A stretch of DNA of 63,112 bases from Salisapilia sapeloensis CBS 127946 (GCA_023334545.1 JAADVB010000094.1:1-63112); one strand, 5' to 3'; positions 35,269 through 48,479 are shown, counted from the stretch's first letter. Numbers and translations are program-made. Notes: generated from the sequence alone by a model not told the origin.

Positions 35269-38200
35269 TTACAAAAACGACGAAGCGCTGAACGTCTCCA
35301 GATCCTCCGTCAGCACATGCTCATGCGTCTCGGCGGCTTCATCGTCCGCGCTGCGCTTTTCCCGATCCGCCGCACGCTTACTCTCACGCTCGAGCTCGGC
35401 TTCACGCAACCGCTCTTCATTCGCCTTTTGCGCGTCACCCTCCTCCTGCCGTCGTCGTTCCAGTTGCTGCTTTTCCAACTCCTTCTCCCGTTCTTTTTGC
35501 TCTTGCTCTCGGCGTCGCTGCGCCTCTCGCTCCTTAGATCGCTCCTTTTCCTTCTGCTCCAGCTTGTGCTGCTTCATTTCTTCCATCGATCGCGCGCTCA
35601 TCCAGAGAGAACTGCCAGACGTTTCTTCTGGCTGAAGTGACTTGCCGCTCGTGTCCTTGGACGCCAAGCGACTCCACGCGCCCTTGTTCTCCACGCGCAC
35701 TTCACTACTATCCTTTCCTTCCGCATCCAACGACTAAAGACACACAAAAAGGCATGAGTAAAGGAATTTAAATTAGGATTAGCCACGACACAAGGCTTAA
35801 TAACGCACCCGATCCAATGTGGCGCGCGCTTCCGAGTCCGAGTCCGATTCGCTGTCACTGTCCGACTCGTCAGAGTCCGAAGAGCTAGACGAGTCGTCCG
35901 AGGAGGAACTACCGTCCTTGGCGCCAGCGGCCGACTCGTTCTTCCCACCGACACTCGGGGTAGTAGCGTTCGTCAGGTTCAAACTCGTCGCCTGGGAGAC
36001 GGGAGCAGGAGGTCGTGGTGTGCCAGACATACGTGCCAGCTCCGTCTCCACCTCCTGTCGTCGGTCGCGAATGTTCATAGCAGCCATTTTGGCCGACTGA
36101 AGACGCTTCTCGGGTGGAACAGCCTTCTTCGCAGGACGCTTGCGCTTCCGACCAATGCCAGCTTCCTGTTCATACACGTCAGTGGCGAAATATCAACCGC
36201 AGAATCATAGATAAACGTACTCGAATGTAGCCCTCGAGCATGCGTAGGCAGCGGGTGCTCAGCCTGTTGATGTCTAACTCTATTTCGTCTCCGACGCCAG
36301 TCAAATCTTCTGCCGGCATCGACTCGGAGATAATCTGCAGCACGCGGTTCAGCTTATCTCCTGCCAGCCCTCGAATATCTCGACTCAACTGCGCCTTCTC
36401 CACCTGATTCATCGGTTCCCCAAGCTCCTCGTCCGTCAAGTCTTCCATGCGGAAAGGACGGGACGGTGCTCTTGCCACTTTAGCAGATGCACCGGGCTGC
36501 AATGCCTCCACGGTCGCCTTCAGGCGCTCAATATCCTCCTTCAACGACATGATTAGCATGCCCTGCTCATCATGATTCATCTGCCGCATCGTATTGCCCT
36601 TCGATCCGCGACCTCCCTTCACCTTCTTGGACGAAGGGTAGCTATAATCATTCGACAACTTGCGTTCCTTCTTCAGCCCTTGCTTTTGCAAGGTCTTTTC
36701 CTTGGCTGTCATGCGCAGATTGAGGCTGTTGATACGCTTGTCAAAGTCCTCGAGCAATTTCTTCGCGGAGATGTGCACCTGGTTGTGCGCTGGGTTGTAC
36801 AGCATGGCATTACGAAAGACGAGGCGGACGTCGTCGGCAAAAACCGCCGGGTCATCATAGTACCCCCCTTCTAACCGCTTGCGAACCGTGCCCAAGTCCA
36901 TCGGGTGCTTGATCACCGTAAAGTAGTCGGGGATGTTCAATGCTACCGGATCTACAGGCGACAAGAACGCAATGGCTTTCGGACTGGACATGAGAGAGCG
37001 CAAGATATTGCCGCATTTCTTGAGCATGGCCGTAATCTGGTCGTTGTCAAAGGCATTCTCGTCTCGTAAATGAGCAGGAACGGCCTTCTTTCGCTCAGGA
37101 CGTGCTCGGCCTGGAGAGTTGTATCCAGACGACACGCTGTTCGACCTCTGTACGGCGCGTTCCACCTGGGTAACCTTCTTCGGCGCAGCAGAAGAAGCTG
37201 ATTTGGCTGGTGCTGCCTTAGCTGGTGCTGCCTTGGCAGGCGCTGCCTTCGTAGATGGTGCAGACGCTTTTGGCGCCGGTGCTGCAGCTGCAGATCCGTT
37301 GCTAGACGCTCTAGCTCGACCCCTCCTCGGTAACGCCCTCTTTTCCTTCTCCTTGGGTTTATAGAGTTTGTAGAGCCGCATCTCGTTCGACTCTTTATTT
37401 AAGACACCGTGGAGTGTGAACTGGCCAAACTTGTTCTCGCCCGAACCTGTGACCTTGAATTGCGTCGGCGTGGCTGCGTCGTGGATAAACCGAATGTCCA
37501 CGTCTTTTTCTGCTACTGTCTGAGGCTTTCCCTTCACCGCTTGAATCTGAAACTGCCCAGAGTACTTGGAAGAGAACGGCAGAGCGGATCGGATCGAGGC
37601 GTCGACTTCGTACCCAAGGTGCGATGGGTTCACTTCGGATGCTGGCCAGTTTTCCATCTTAGACGTACGTGCTAGCGCTTCATCGAAAAAAGACGGGTGA
37701 ACCTGCTGCACATCTGAGGAGCATGCTGGGATATACACGTCTTCCTGACTCTGCATTTCGAATGTACTCGTAAGTCCGCCAGGAGCAAATGCACTTTCAT
37801 TCATGCCCCATGTGCCACGCCATATTGCCTTTTTATCCTGCACAAAGTATTTTCCTACTAATAGCGGCGCGTACTGCAATGCGGTCGCAGGAATGTCCAG
37901 TCCTGTAGGTCGCACAACCGTCGGTTTACTTGATGTTCCGTTTCCATTTGCTACGCCATTCGTCTGCGTCGTGTCCTTTTTCACTTGTGCTTCGTTGCTG
38001 TTCTTGTCGGCATCTTCCATGTCCATGTCTGCATTCTCTGTCGTTCCGTTCTCACGTGACGTGTTGGCGTTGGTCGATTTTCCTGGCGGGCTCTCCTTGC
38101 CCTGTCCTTCGTCGGCCAATGTCATTACGCATACGCTTACGTCCGCGAGATCCTGCGCCGAGCGCTTGTCCGTGGTTGCAAAAGCCTTGGCTGGCGCGGA

Positions 38201-38401
38201 GCTTGCCCAGGCACTGTCGTTCTGATCGAGCACTTCGATCCCAGTCGTCTCGAATAGTTGCGGCGAGGAAGACCCGTCGTCTTCGTGCACGTTCGGCTGG
38301 TCGGCGGCCGTCGGATCGCCGAGGCTGCTCACCTCCGAGCGTGCGGTCGGCGTCGTCGTGGACTCCCCGATTGTGCTAAGCTTGTCTCTTCTCACGAACA
38401 C
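35269..38401 (-). CDS. BET/GTE-like bromodomain + extra-terminal (NET) domain protein, multi-exon
   Basis: Bromodomain FLSPVDPVALNIPDYFTVIKHPMDLGTV..DVRLVFRNAMLYN; NET domain EKAQLSRDI..ELDINRL; Ser/Asp-rich exon and C-terminal coiled coil. Start codon uncertain. Confidence 0.88.
37205..37249 (-). repeat. Coding tandem repeat, 3 x 15 nt (KAAPA)
   Basis: Plus strand GGCTGGTGCTGCCTT AGCTGGTGCTGCCTT GGCAGGCGCTGCCTT. Confidence 0.85.
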
Positions 38402-39978
38402 GATCGTCGGTCGCGGCTACCAAAGCTTCAAGCTTCAAGTCCGCGATGCAGTTCGTGTCGAGAAAAGTGAATCGTATTCGACGTCACACACAAGCGTAAC
38501 TTTCGTATGCGCCTGTTCAATGCCGATGCCCAGTTGGACTTGAATGCAAATCCAAACGGGAAGAAAGAAGGAAGAGTGCGGGGGAGGCAACCGACTTCGA
38601 CTTGTGTGGTCGGCTTCTTTTTGGCTTTTGGCGCCCTTTTAGGCGGCCGGTATGCTGCGAGGCGGAAATCGAGACGACCCGATTTATGCGCAACAAGCAA
38701 AAAGAAGACGCTTCGGCCTTTTCTTTCGGAAAATGAACCGCTCTCCAAGAACGGTTTTATTTGTAGACAGGAGGGACGGCGGCGGGGCGACATCTAGGCG
38801 TCGAAACAGTTTAGGCCCTGAAGGCTAATTTTACGCGCGAGTTGTATGCGCCGGTCTATTTTGCGGAGGGCGGAAAACCTCTGATACAAGATATGGCTTA
38901 TGCGCGTGCAGGGTTTGCGAGAACGACGGGATGGATCTGCCGCCGCGGCAACGGGACAGGGCAAAACGACTGGACAACGAGAACCTCTCTCTTTCGATCT
39001 TGCGCTGCAAGATCTTTTCTTTCATAATTTGACCCCTACCATGCTTCCCCCTCGCCACGTAGCCAAGTCTTATTGGAAATGGGTGGACAGCAGCAGCCTA
39101 TCATCGAGACGAGCTTCTCCTGACCGCCTGATCGGCTCCTCGGAAAAGCTTCCGACCGCGATGGTCGCCTACAGAAACCCCGTGGCTGGAACTTGAACCA
39201 ACGCTGTGAAACGACTTGCACTTCATCTCGCACAGTTCCCAAAAAGGGTCTTTTTATAAATACTTGCCAATGAAGTGGATATAAAACGGCTCGCGAGATT
39301 TCGGTTCGTATCGGTATGAAAGCGAAAGAAAGCTTTCATAGACATCAAGATCTGTCCTCTGGAAGGTTGTCTATCATATGCATAGCACTTGTGTACAACG
39401 AGGATGACCTTCCTGCTCCTATCATTTCGTTACCCAATGAGTACGAACGCACATCATAGCAAAGGAAGTACAAAGTGATCTTTTGCTACAATTTCAAATG
39501 ACCGAGATGCGGAGGGAGAGCAAATTACATCCAATTGAAAGTAATCGATAGGAAGAGGTTCATGCATACGGATGGCCTTCATCCAAAAGTCAACGTCAAG
39601 TGGTCATGGAAACGTACTTGCCATTCCATCGTGCATGCTTAAAAGCCCCTCATTGACGCCCACAACAACTATGTATGTCGCTCTTGACTACTGTAATAGC
39701 AGCAGACAATTCTGGCATTATGCAGTCTAACGATACAGACGAAGGCGCAGTCACTTGGATACTGCAGACGACTAATACCTTAAGAGCATATCTGGATGCT
39801 ACTTGAAGTTTCCGCATCAGATCTTGATCTGAATAGAACTGAGTCGCGGATCAAGTGGAAGAAATCAGTTACATCGGTCTGAAAGCATGCATACATGGAC
39901 ACAGTGTGCTATTATAAGTCGAGCTAGTACTAGCCAAGCGAACTAGTACCGGAAAGTATGCAATGGCTGTCAATCACT

Positions 39979-41475
39979 TTATTTCTTTTGAATCTCAGCG
40001 ACCATATTTTTATGGTGCGATTCATTAGTCCCGCCACCAATCTCGAGCAGCTTCGCATCTCGCCACAGACGCTCGACGTTGTACTCGCCAACGTAGCCGT
40101 AGCCTCCAAGTGTCTGGATAGCCCGATCGGCCACAGTCTTGGCCATGTCACCACAGAACAGCTTCACGCCGTCCGTGTCGAGACGATTGCCGACGGTATC
40201 AAGCTGTAACTGCCTTGCAGTATTGTACAAGTAGGTCTTTCCAGCCATGTACTCGGCATACGAGTCCGCCAGGTTCTTCTGAATTTGGCCAAAGTCTTTC
40301 AAACGCTTACCAAATGCCTCTCGCTCCGACGCGTATTGACTCATAATCTCCAGCGATCGTCGAGCAATACCGACGCTCATAGCTGCCAACGCCACGCGTT
40401 CAATCTCTAAGTTGCGCATCATACAGATCACAGCTTTGCCTTCTTCTCCCACAAGGTTTTCCGCCGGGACAAGGCAGTCTTCGAACACGAGCTCTGCCGT
40501 GTTGGAAGCTCGCATGCCGAGCTTATCCTTGATACGTTGTCCGAGGGAGAATCCTTGGAAACCTTTTTCCACGATGAATGACGAAAAGTCTTGTTTGGCA
40601 CTACCGGTGTTGTTCGTTCGAGCGTAGATAAGGAAAGCATCTCCTAGTTCTGTGTCGTTTAATGCGCCATTGGTGATCCACATCCTACGGACGAAATGAG
40701 AATCGAGTGAATAGAATGCATGAGCGGAGGAACGTACTTGGTGCCGTTCAGTTTGTAGTGCTTGCCGTCACTGGTTTTCGTGGCAGTCGTACGCATGCCA
40801 AGGACGTCCGTACCGACAGACGGCTCACTCATGCCCATGCCACAGATGGCTGCGCCAGAGCATGCGTCGGGCAAGTACTTCTTACACTGCTCTTCCGACG
40901 CGTTACGAGCGACATTGTTCACGAATAGCATGGAATGAGCCAAGAAAGAAAGACAGAGACCTGGGTCACTCGCAGACAGCTCTTCATGAGCGATTACAGC
41001 CGCTACGGCGTCCATGCCAGAGCCACCATATCTAGTTTTCAATAAATATCGATGAAATCAGATGTATAATTATCAAAAGTACTCTTCTTGAGCAGTGATG
41101 CCTAGTAGTCCAAGGTCTCCAAGTTCACGGAACAGATCAATGTTAAATTTCTCAGCGCGATCATATTCCAGAGCCTATCGAAACATTAGAATTCATAAAA
41201 AAGGGGACAAATACACCTGAGAATATACCTGAGCATCGACTTTAGTCTTAACAAAGCCTGCGAGCATGTCTCTCAAAGCCGAATGCTCCTCTGTAGGTGC
41301 AAATAGATCTAAATTTGCTCCAGACGACTGAACCATCGTCAGTTAGGATACTTTCGAGACAGATAAAAATTCAAGGAAGATGTACCATGCATCTTGCAAA
41401 AGGTGTTTTCTTCGACAGACTAGAGGCTTTCGCGAGCGTGTGAGATAGAGTAGAAAAGCGCTTGAATTGCATCAT
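39979..41475 (-). CDS. IVD: Isovaleryl-CoA dehydrogenase, mitochondrial, multi-exon
   Basis: [34 protein letters not shown] (spliced), [48 protein letters not shown]; transit-like first exon from 41475. Confidence 0.92.
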
Positions 41476-42072
41476 CCTTCCCGTCTCCAAATCTGCTTTG
41501 ACGCTATTTCAGACGTGTCTGAGCTTCAAGTAGGGGTCGGTTGGTTGGTGGAAAAGGTGTATGACGCAAGCGGATTGGTCTAAATGTAACTTCAACATGA
41601 TTGGAAGACAGTATCAGAAAATGATACGTCGACATTCATGTGGCGGATACTCGTGTGCATGAATGCATGAATGGTGGCTGTTCTCATGCCGACAGGAGGA
41701 GGTATCTTGAAGTGCTGGAAATATTGTAAGTGAATGGTTAGAAAAGCTATTTATACATGTTGAGAGACAAATAAAGTGTCTTTGAAACGGGCGTCACAAC
41801 AGTTGAAAGGCATTGAAAGCGAATGCAGAAGCAGGAGCATGGTGCAGGTAGTGCCTCTACACGCCGCATTACCACCGAATATAAAGGCTTTAAACGTTAT
41901 TAGGAGAAGATCGACAGCGTCTGCCTCGACTGGACCTTGTGGATGATAACCAGGTACTAGGTTTCCATTGCTTGACGGCAGCTCTTGTCTACCCTTTGTC
42001 TTTATGCACTGCAGTCAGACAGAGACGATCGCTCTGAGAAAGACATAGCATCTATCAGATCGGAAAGATTGC

Positions 42073-44186
42073 GTGAAGATGAAAAGCCGCCGTCGTATGC
42101 AAAGTATTACTCTTTCGCATCATTCTGTCGCATGTCGTCCTGACAGCGTCTCGTCTAGATCGTCTGCTTCAGCCCAATCACAACGACCCGAAAGCATCTA
42201 CGACTACCTTGATGCTCTGGAAACTCAGTCTGAACCACATCGGCAACCCCATGAGCCAAGTGCCTCACCAGCTAGTTTACGAGAAGGAAAAGCTCATGAA
42301 CGTGTACGGAGAGCTCAGCATTTTGCGTGGAAAGATCATCCGCCTAGTTTTCAAAGGAATCGAAAGAGCATTGATTCAGCAAACCCGAAAGATGCAGATA
42401 GTCATGCGTATTACATTAGTGTGAAAGAGAAACTAGCGACGATGTCCATGGAGCTTCATGTTCGTTTAAGCGTACTTGTGTGCTAGCATCTACTAATACG
42501 GTTTGAACAGGATAAGACGAAAACCATTGAGCTTTTAAAAGCAGCTCGAAAGAAAGATCAGGCAAAGATGAAAGAGTTAATTCAAGCGACAGTAGAGAAG
42601 CAGGAAGCGGAGCGAAAGGGTCGACAAGTCGCTTTTGAGAAGGAGATTGAAACTCATCTCGACTTTGCTCAAAAGCTTATCGCAGACAAAGTAAGAGATA
42701 CCTTTCATGTAGTCGATAAGAACCTAATGAGAAACTGTAGGAACTCTTGACGAAACGATGTGACGACTTGCTAGTTGAGCTCCAGCGTACTCAAGAAGCT
42801 GCAGCCAAGGAAAATGAACGTCATCAAGTCCAAATGAAAGAAGCGAAAGACAGGTGGATGGTTCAGGAGAAAGCTCGACGAGATCAATGGGTAATTTATC
42901 TACCTTCAATACCAGCCAAGTTCCACCTAATACTCTGGTAGATGTCTCGAAAGACAGAAGAGATAAAGAAAGCAACAGTAAAAGCTCTCGAGCCGGATGT
43001 CCAAGCCATTCTAACGAAAGGCAAAGCAGAGGCAGATGCAATTCGAGAAGCAGCAGAACAAGAGAAACGTTCTATTCGGACGGCACTAGAGCGAGAGAAA
43101 TATCTAAGTTTGGAACGTCAGAAAGAGGACTTTGATCGTAAGCTCGTGGAAGCTCGGGAGAAAGAGCGAGCCAAGTTGATGGCGAGACTGGATACGGCGG
43201 ATGCTGAACTTCAGCAGCAGTTGAGTACACAGCGCAGACGTTTGCAGGAAGAGATTGAGTCAGTTCGTGCGGAAGGTATTGCTGCGATGAAGAAACTAAA
43301 GCAGGCGCATGCGGATGAAATAGAAGAACTGAAACAAAGGGAAGAAAAGCGAGTTACCATTCGTATTCAGAAGATGGACAAAGAGAAGGAACAAGTAGAG
43401 CAAAAGTATGATGCAGAAATGCAAGTGCTCAAGGAGGAAACGAGTGCCGAGTGTGAAAAATTTAAAAAGCAGTTAGAAGAAAAGTGGGGACGAGAGATGG
43501 AGAGGGAGAAGAAAGAGATGGAGAGGAAGATGCTTCAGTCTCGAGATGCAAAGATAGAACTTGTGATTGATAAATTGCAAGATGAAAGTCAGAAGCGTGT
43601 GGAAGAGGTCGAAAGAAAGTTAAAAGCGACATGGGAAGAAGAGAAACAGGAGTGGGGAAGACGTTTAAAGCAAGCAAGTGAGCTGGAAAGTGTTTGGATG
43701 GAGAAGAACAAAGAGTTAAGAGATCATGTGACATCTTTAGAGCACTTGAACTCTAATATGACAAAGGAGAACGAGCAGCTCGTTCAGCAGATTCAGCGCC
43801 TAACGACCAAAGTAGATGAAATGTCCAGTCTAATTCAGTCCGAACGGAAGAAGCGGGAACGAATTGAGAAAGATGCAAGAGACAAGTGTGAAGCAATCAC
43901 GCAGGACGAGCGTCAGTCGAAATACGCTTTGAAAAAAGAGATACAGACACTTCAGGATGAACTACGAAATGTCCAAACAGCACACAAAGAAGAGCGCGAA
44001 CGAGTGAAGCGAGAGCATACAACAGCACTCGACAACCTACATAATCGGGTTCGAAGCACAATAGAGAAAAAGGATCGGGCGATAGAGGAATTGCAAGACG
44101 AAATGCATCTACTGGAAGTTCAGCTGCAAAAGAGCAATGCTCTAGTGGAAGAGCAACGTCGGCAGCTTTTCGCCGTAGAAGAGTGA
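42073..44186 (+). CDS. CEP131: CEP131/AZI1-like centriolar satellite protein, multi-exon; 5' end may lie further upstream (about 41600)
   Basis: HLDFAQKLIADK, IKKATVKALEPDVQ, RDAKIELVIDKL and LHNRVRSTIEKKD resemble CEP131 conserved blocks. Confidence 0.78.
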
Positions 44187-44204
44187 CTGAATGGAAATAT
44201 ATCT

Positions 44205-47042
44205 TTAAATTTCAATATCCTGTTGCTCTGGCGGACGAATGTGACGCATGGTACTACCTGCTTCGGTCGGCTTGAACGGTGCATACGCTCCATAAGGTTT
44301 TGGAATGCCCAATTGCTCTGGAATGTAAGCGTTGGGTCTGGGTTCTGCACTCGTGTATGTAAGTTGTGTGGGAAAGTTTCGGGCGTGGTCATCGGTAACC
44401 TTTTGTTGCTGTCGCATGTATCGCTGCTCCTGCTCTCTCATACGTTGATGAATTACTCGGTTTAGTTGGTCTTGCGCCGCAGCATTAGGTACTTGACCCT
44501 TCTCTATTCGTTGCGTACAAATACTCAAGTCTTCTGATGCATCCTGTTTCTCCTGTTGAAGCTTCATGGCTGTCGCTTGGTACATGGATAGCTCCGATAC
44601 AATCGCCATCATCTTTCTAGTCGTCTCTTTGATTCGTCCTTGGACGTCATTCATCTTCTTCGTAAGCTCTAATGTTTCACCACGTCGATCCATGGCCTGT
44701 GTACGTAGCTTATTTGCAAGATTCGTCACTTCTTCTAGCACTAACTCCTTCTCAAGTAACTGCTCCTTCTTCTTATGATATCGTGATTCAATGAAGGAAA
44801 CTTTGGCCGCCAACTGATCTTCATCCGGATCATCCCCTTCTAGCTCGCGCCAACGCTCTCCGTTTTGTGGTGTCTCCAAATCTCGACATAGTAACTCGGT
44901 TACTGCTTTCTCCTGTTGCAACTCTTCTTGTACTTGCAAAATCCTTTGTGCTAGCTTTGGAAGGTGTGGTAACTGCTGCCGACGTAAAATAACTTGTCGT
45001 TCCAAGTCACCCAACTGGAGCTTGAGCATTCGTATCTCTTGATCCTTTTGCGTCAAACCTACTTCGCCCTCTCCAAGTGCTTTCTCTTGGACATTTGCTT
45101 TTTCGTACAAGAGACATAACTCATCATTTCGTTCGATCAGTTGGACACCAGTGAGGTTGCGTGCATCGACAGCCTGCTCATACTGCTTCTTCAGTCGTAG
45201 TAACTGGCGTTCGATTTGTGTAATAATACCATTCAGCTTGTCTATCTCTACAATTTGTTGTTCTACTTGCTCCTGCTTTTGACGATACTGCTCGTGACTA
45301 CGATTTGTGTCAAGCCTTAGTGAATCTCGTGAACATTGGGCTGTTCCATGAGCCAGTTTCTCTTTTCCTAAAGCTTGCTCCTTTGCGGCGCTTTCATGCC
45401 GCAATACTTCAACTTCATTTTGTAAAATCTTGATCTTCTCTTTCATCTCGGCGAGCGCCTGGGTAGAGGATTGAATTAGACTCACGTACTTGTTTCGCTC
45501 ATTCTTGACGACATCGTAGAGACAAGAGAACTCTTTCAAATGGCTTGCTTTCTCATGCCATTTCTTGGCCAAGTCAATGATTAGAAGCTCTTTCATCTTC
45601 AATTCTTGCTGTGTTGTCTTCTCCGCAGCTAGAGCCGACGCTGCTTCTCGAGCTTTCACTTCTCGTTGGGCGGTCAACAATGCCACTAACTTCTTTTGCT
45701 TCGTTTCCTCCAACATCCATTGATTTAACTCTTCCTCCATCTCACGAACATTTAATGTCAACTGATCTAGTTCTTTGCTCTCAAATTTCTCTCCTTCTTC
45801 CTGCTTTAGAAACCGAGCGATCAAAAGATCTACTTGTTGCTTTACTTCCACTTGCTCCTTCCGCTTCTGTCGATTCTCTGCTTTAACACTAGCTACTTGA
45901 TGCCGAGCATCAGCTACTTGAGTCTTTGCATTTGGTAACAACGCTCGATTGTTGTCCAAAAGGATGATCTGTTTCTTTAATTCACGTTTACTTCGGTCAT
46001 ATTGTTTCTGTGCTTTACTCTTTCGCTCGTTTTCGCGTCGAACAGCAAGGTCAAGTGCCTTTCCGTCCATCTCCAATCGAGCTTTTTCACTCAGGCGAAG
46101 TACATGTCGATTCTGTTCTTCTCGCAGATGCATTGTTACATGGTCCACATCTCGCTGGCGTTGATCAATGGTTTCCCGGTGGACATCTAGCTTTTGAGTT
46201 AGCTCTTTCTGCACAGTATCTGCTTCCTTCAACCTTGAGTCTTGGCTAGTTATGCTTTCGTCCAAAGACTGTATCCGTTCCTTTGCTTTTGCGACATCTT
46301 TTTTCAAGTTATCTACTGCGAGTTGGACGACATCGGCCTGCTTTTCCATCCGTTCAGGATCTTGTTGTATTTGCTGCAAACGTTTGGTGCCTTCAGTGCA
46401 CTTTGTCTCGAGCTGAAGATTCTCTGTAGTAAGTATTTCTTGTCGTCTTAACAAATCTACCTTTCGCTCCTCCTCTTTCGTCAGCTCGATATCTACTCGT
46501 TCACGTTCGCGTGCTTGTTCCTGCACTTCATTCGTAAGCTGCTCGATCTCGGGTTCGACACATTTCGCGTGTGCAGCCAAGATTTCCCGCTTCTGCATGA
46601 GAAGATCGGCCTGCTCACGTTGTACTTCCGTCAGCTCAAACGTGAGGACGGCATCGCGATCAGTCATCTCGGCCAACTCTTTTAAGGCATTCTCCTTTTG
46701 CTTGTCAACCGAAGCGTAGGCTGCTAGTTCTTCTCCACACCGAATCGATTGCTTTTCGACATTTATCTTTTGCGTTAGCAGGTCACTGTTGAGAGTCTTT
46801 GCTTGCTTCAGTAATTCCTTTTCGCGCTGATAAGTCTCGAGAACATGTGCTTGAAGACGCGTGTATATTTTCTTATGATGTTCCACCTCCTCAGCATTCA
46901 ATTCACCTTCTTGTTGGCATCGATCTAGCAGAAGGAATGCGGACGACTGTGCTGACGGTGGTAACGGAATTGAGCGTTCAAGCACCTCTTCGGGTGTGTC
47001 TGATGCAGGTGCACTACCACTATTCACCGGCTCGACACCCAT
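44205..47042 (-). CDS. CCDC146: CCDC146/MBO2-like ciliary coiled-coil protein
   Basis: 945 aa coiled coil with VKNERNKYV, GVQLIERNDELCLLYEK and C-terminal AEPRPNAYIP..PKPYG..APFKP..MRHIRPP. Confidence 0.85.
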   Translation of the reverse strand: MGVEPVNSGSAPASDTPEEVLERSIPLPPSAQSSAFLLLDRCQQEGELNAEEVEHHKKIYTRLQAHVLETYQREKELLKQAKTLNSDLLTQKINVEKQSIRCGEELAAYASVDKQKENALKELAEMTDRDAVLTFELTEVQREQADLLMQKREILAAHAKCVEPEIEQLTNEVQEQARERERVDIELTKEEERKVDLLRRQEILTTENLQLETKCTEGTKRLQQIQQDPERMEKQADVVQLAVDNLKKDVAKAKERIQSLDESITSQDSRLKEADTVQKELTQKLDVHRETIDQRQRDVDHVTMHLREEQNRHVLRLSEKARLEMDGKALDLAVRRENERKSKAQKQYDRSKRELKKQIILLDNNRALLPNAKTQVADARHQVASVKAENRQKRKEQVEVKQQVDLLIARFLKQEEGEKFESKELDQLTLNVREMEEELNQWMLEETKQKKLVALLTAQREVKAREAASALAAEKTTQQELKMKELLIIDLAKKWHEKASHLKEFSCLYDVVKNERNKYVSLIQSSTQALAEMKEKIKILQNEVEVLRHESAAKEQALGKEKLAHGTAQCSRDSLRLDTNRSHEQYRQKQEQVEQQIVEIDKLNGIITQIERQLLRLKKQYEQAVDARNLTGVQLIERNDELCLLYEKANVQEKALGEGEVGLTQKDQEIRMLKLQLGDLERQVILRRQQLPHLPKLAQRILQVQEELQQEKAVTELLCRDLETPQNGERWRELEGDDPDEDQLAAKVSFIESRYHKKKEQLLEKELVLEEVTNLANKLRTQAMDRRGETLELTKKMNDVQGRIKETTRKMMAIVSELSMYQATAMKLQQEKQDASEDLSICTQRIEKGQVPNAAAQDQLNRVIHQRMREQEQRYMRQQQKVTDDHARNFPTQLTYTSAEPRPNAYIPEQLGIPKPYGAYAPFKPTEAGSTMRHIRPPEQQDIEI

Positions 47043-48479
47043 ACCTCAATTATGGAGATAGCAACGAAAGGGAGGTAGAAGCCTACTTTATTGTCAATGT
47101 CAACGCTATTTGCAGCGTGCTATCATCTGAAACGGACTTTGATATGCAAGATTACCTTGCATAGGATTTATAGGAAATGCACGTGAATATGGCTAGGAAG
47201 ATCAGAGTTTTCACATAGCACTTGTACAACAGCGGCAATAAAAACAGTATTTTATTGTTTGTTCAAAGTAGCTGCTGGTTCAGGGCCATGCTCATAGAGA
47301 TGAATGAGAATGCCCGCAGATCAAGAAACAAGTTGCAGCAAGGACAACTTCAAACATAATACATGAATAAGTCAAAGATACTTTTTGCTTTATCATTGAT
47401 ATGCTTCTGCATACGTATATGCCATGAGCCTTGCTGGGAGCTGAAAGCATTCCCGACTATCGGCGGTAAATTGTCATCGATATGAATTCCGGTCTATTGA
47501 ACTATTGCGAACGCAATGCTCGACAGATTGAATCGAGCTATACAGGGGCTCCATTTATCTAGTGTTTATCTAGTGTGCGATAATCGATCTTGTACTTTCT
47601 CTTCAATTCCTTGTTAGTGTATATGCCTACTTTTTAACTACGTCGAGCTTGACCATGAAGGCGAACCACCATTCCACTTACGCGATAACTGCGAATTACC
47701 ATCTATGCCGAAAAAGAGAGTCTAGCAGCATATTTAGAGTCCGTGGCCTCGTCTAGGAGCAGTGCAAGTCTACAAAAGCTAAAATGAAATATACGAGAAC
47801 TGCTACAAGTATGTATACATCCATCTGAAACGAAATATTCTTATGCAATAGGAGTGGAAACATGGGTGTTCACAGCGATAAGTGGTTGTACAAAGGTACC
47901 TGACGAGCATTATCGTATTTAATTGCTGGATGGCAAGACTCACGAAAGAGAAAGCTCAGTTTACATGTGAAAGAGATGAAACAAATGCAAAGTGCTTGAA
48001 GCATTGCCATGTCACAGACGACAAGACAAGTGGAAACGTGCACAAGTGTGCAGGAATATCCGGGGATATGGCCAGCACTTGTTCCTCCCATCCATTTCTA
48101 TCCCATTCATCGATAGCGCAAGATCCCTGGGAGAATTTCATTCCTATACCCACCAAATAGTTCCATTTTCCTCTCCCAATACACCCTCCACTCGATGTAC
48201 ACGTTCGAATGTATCACTTCAAAGACAAAATTGCAATCTATCTTCATTTCTACATTTACACAAAAGTAGAATTAGCTACATTTTCCACGGCTTGTATGCA
48301 GCATTCTGCTTGGTCGAGTGCATCTCCAAGCGTAGCACCGGCATGGTCCAACGCTTGGTCTACCGCCGTGTAAAAACGGTTTCAATCCTTCTCATCATAC
48401 AAACTCTCATATGACACGAACACAGCCAATCAGGAGGCGCAAATAAATATCGGCTCTGCCGGATAAAATCAGAACCAAA

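Noticed and set aside
48130-48240. In-frame TGA in a coding-looking stretch considered as selenocysteine
   Set aside because: No supported gene model, redox motif or SECIS-like structure seen.
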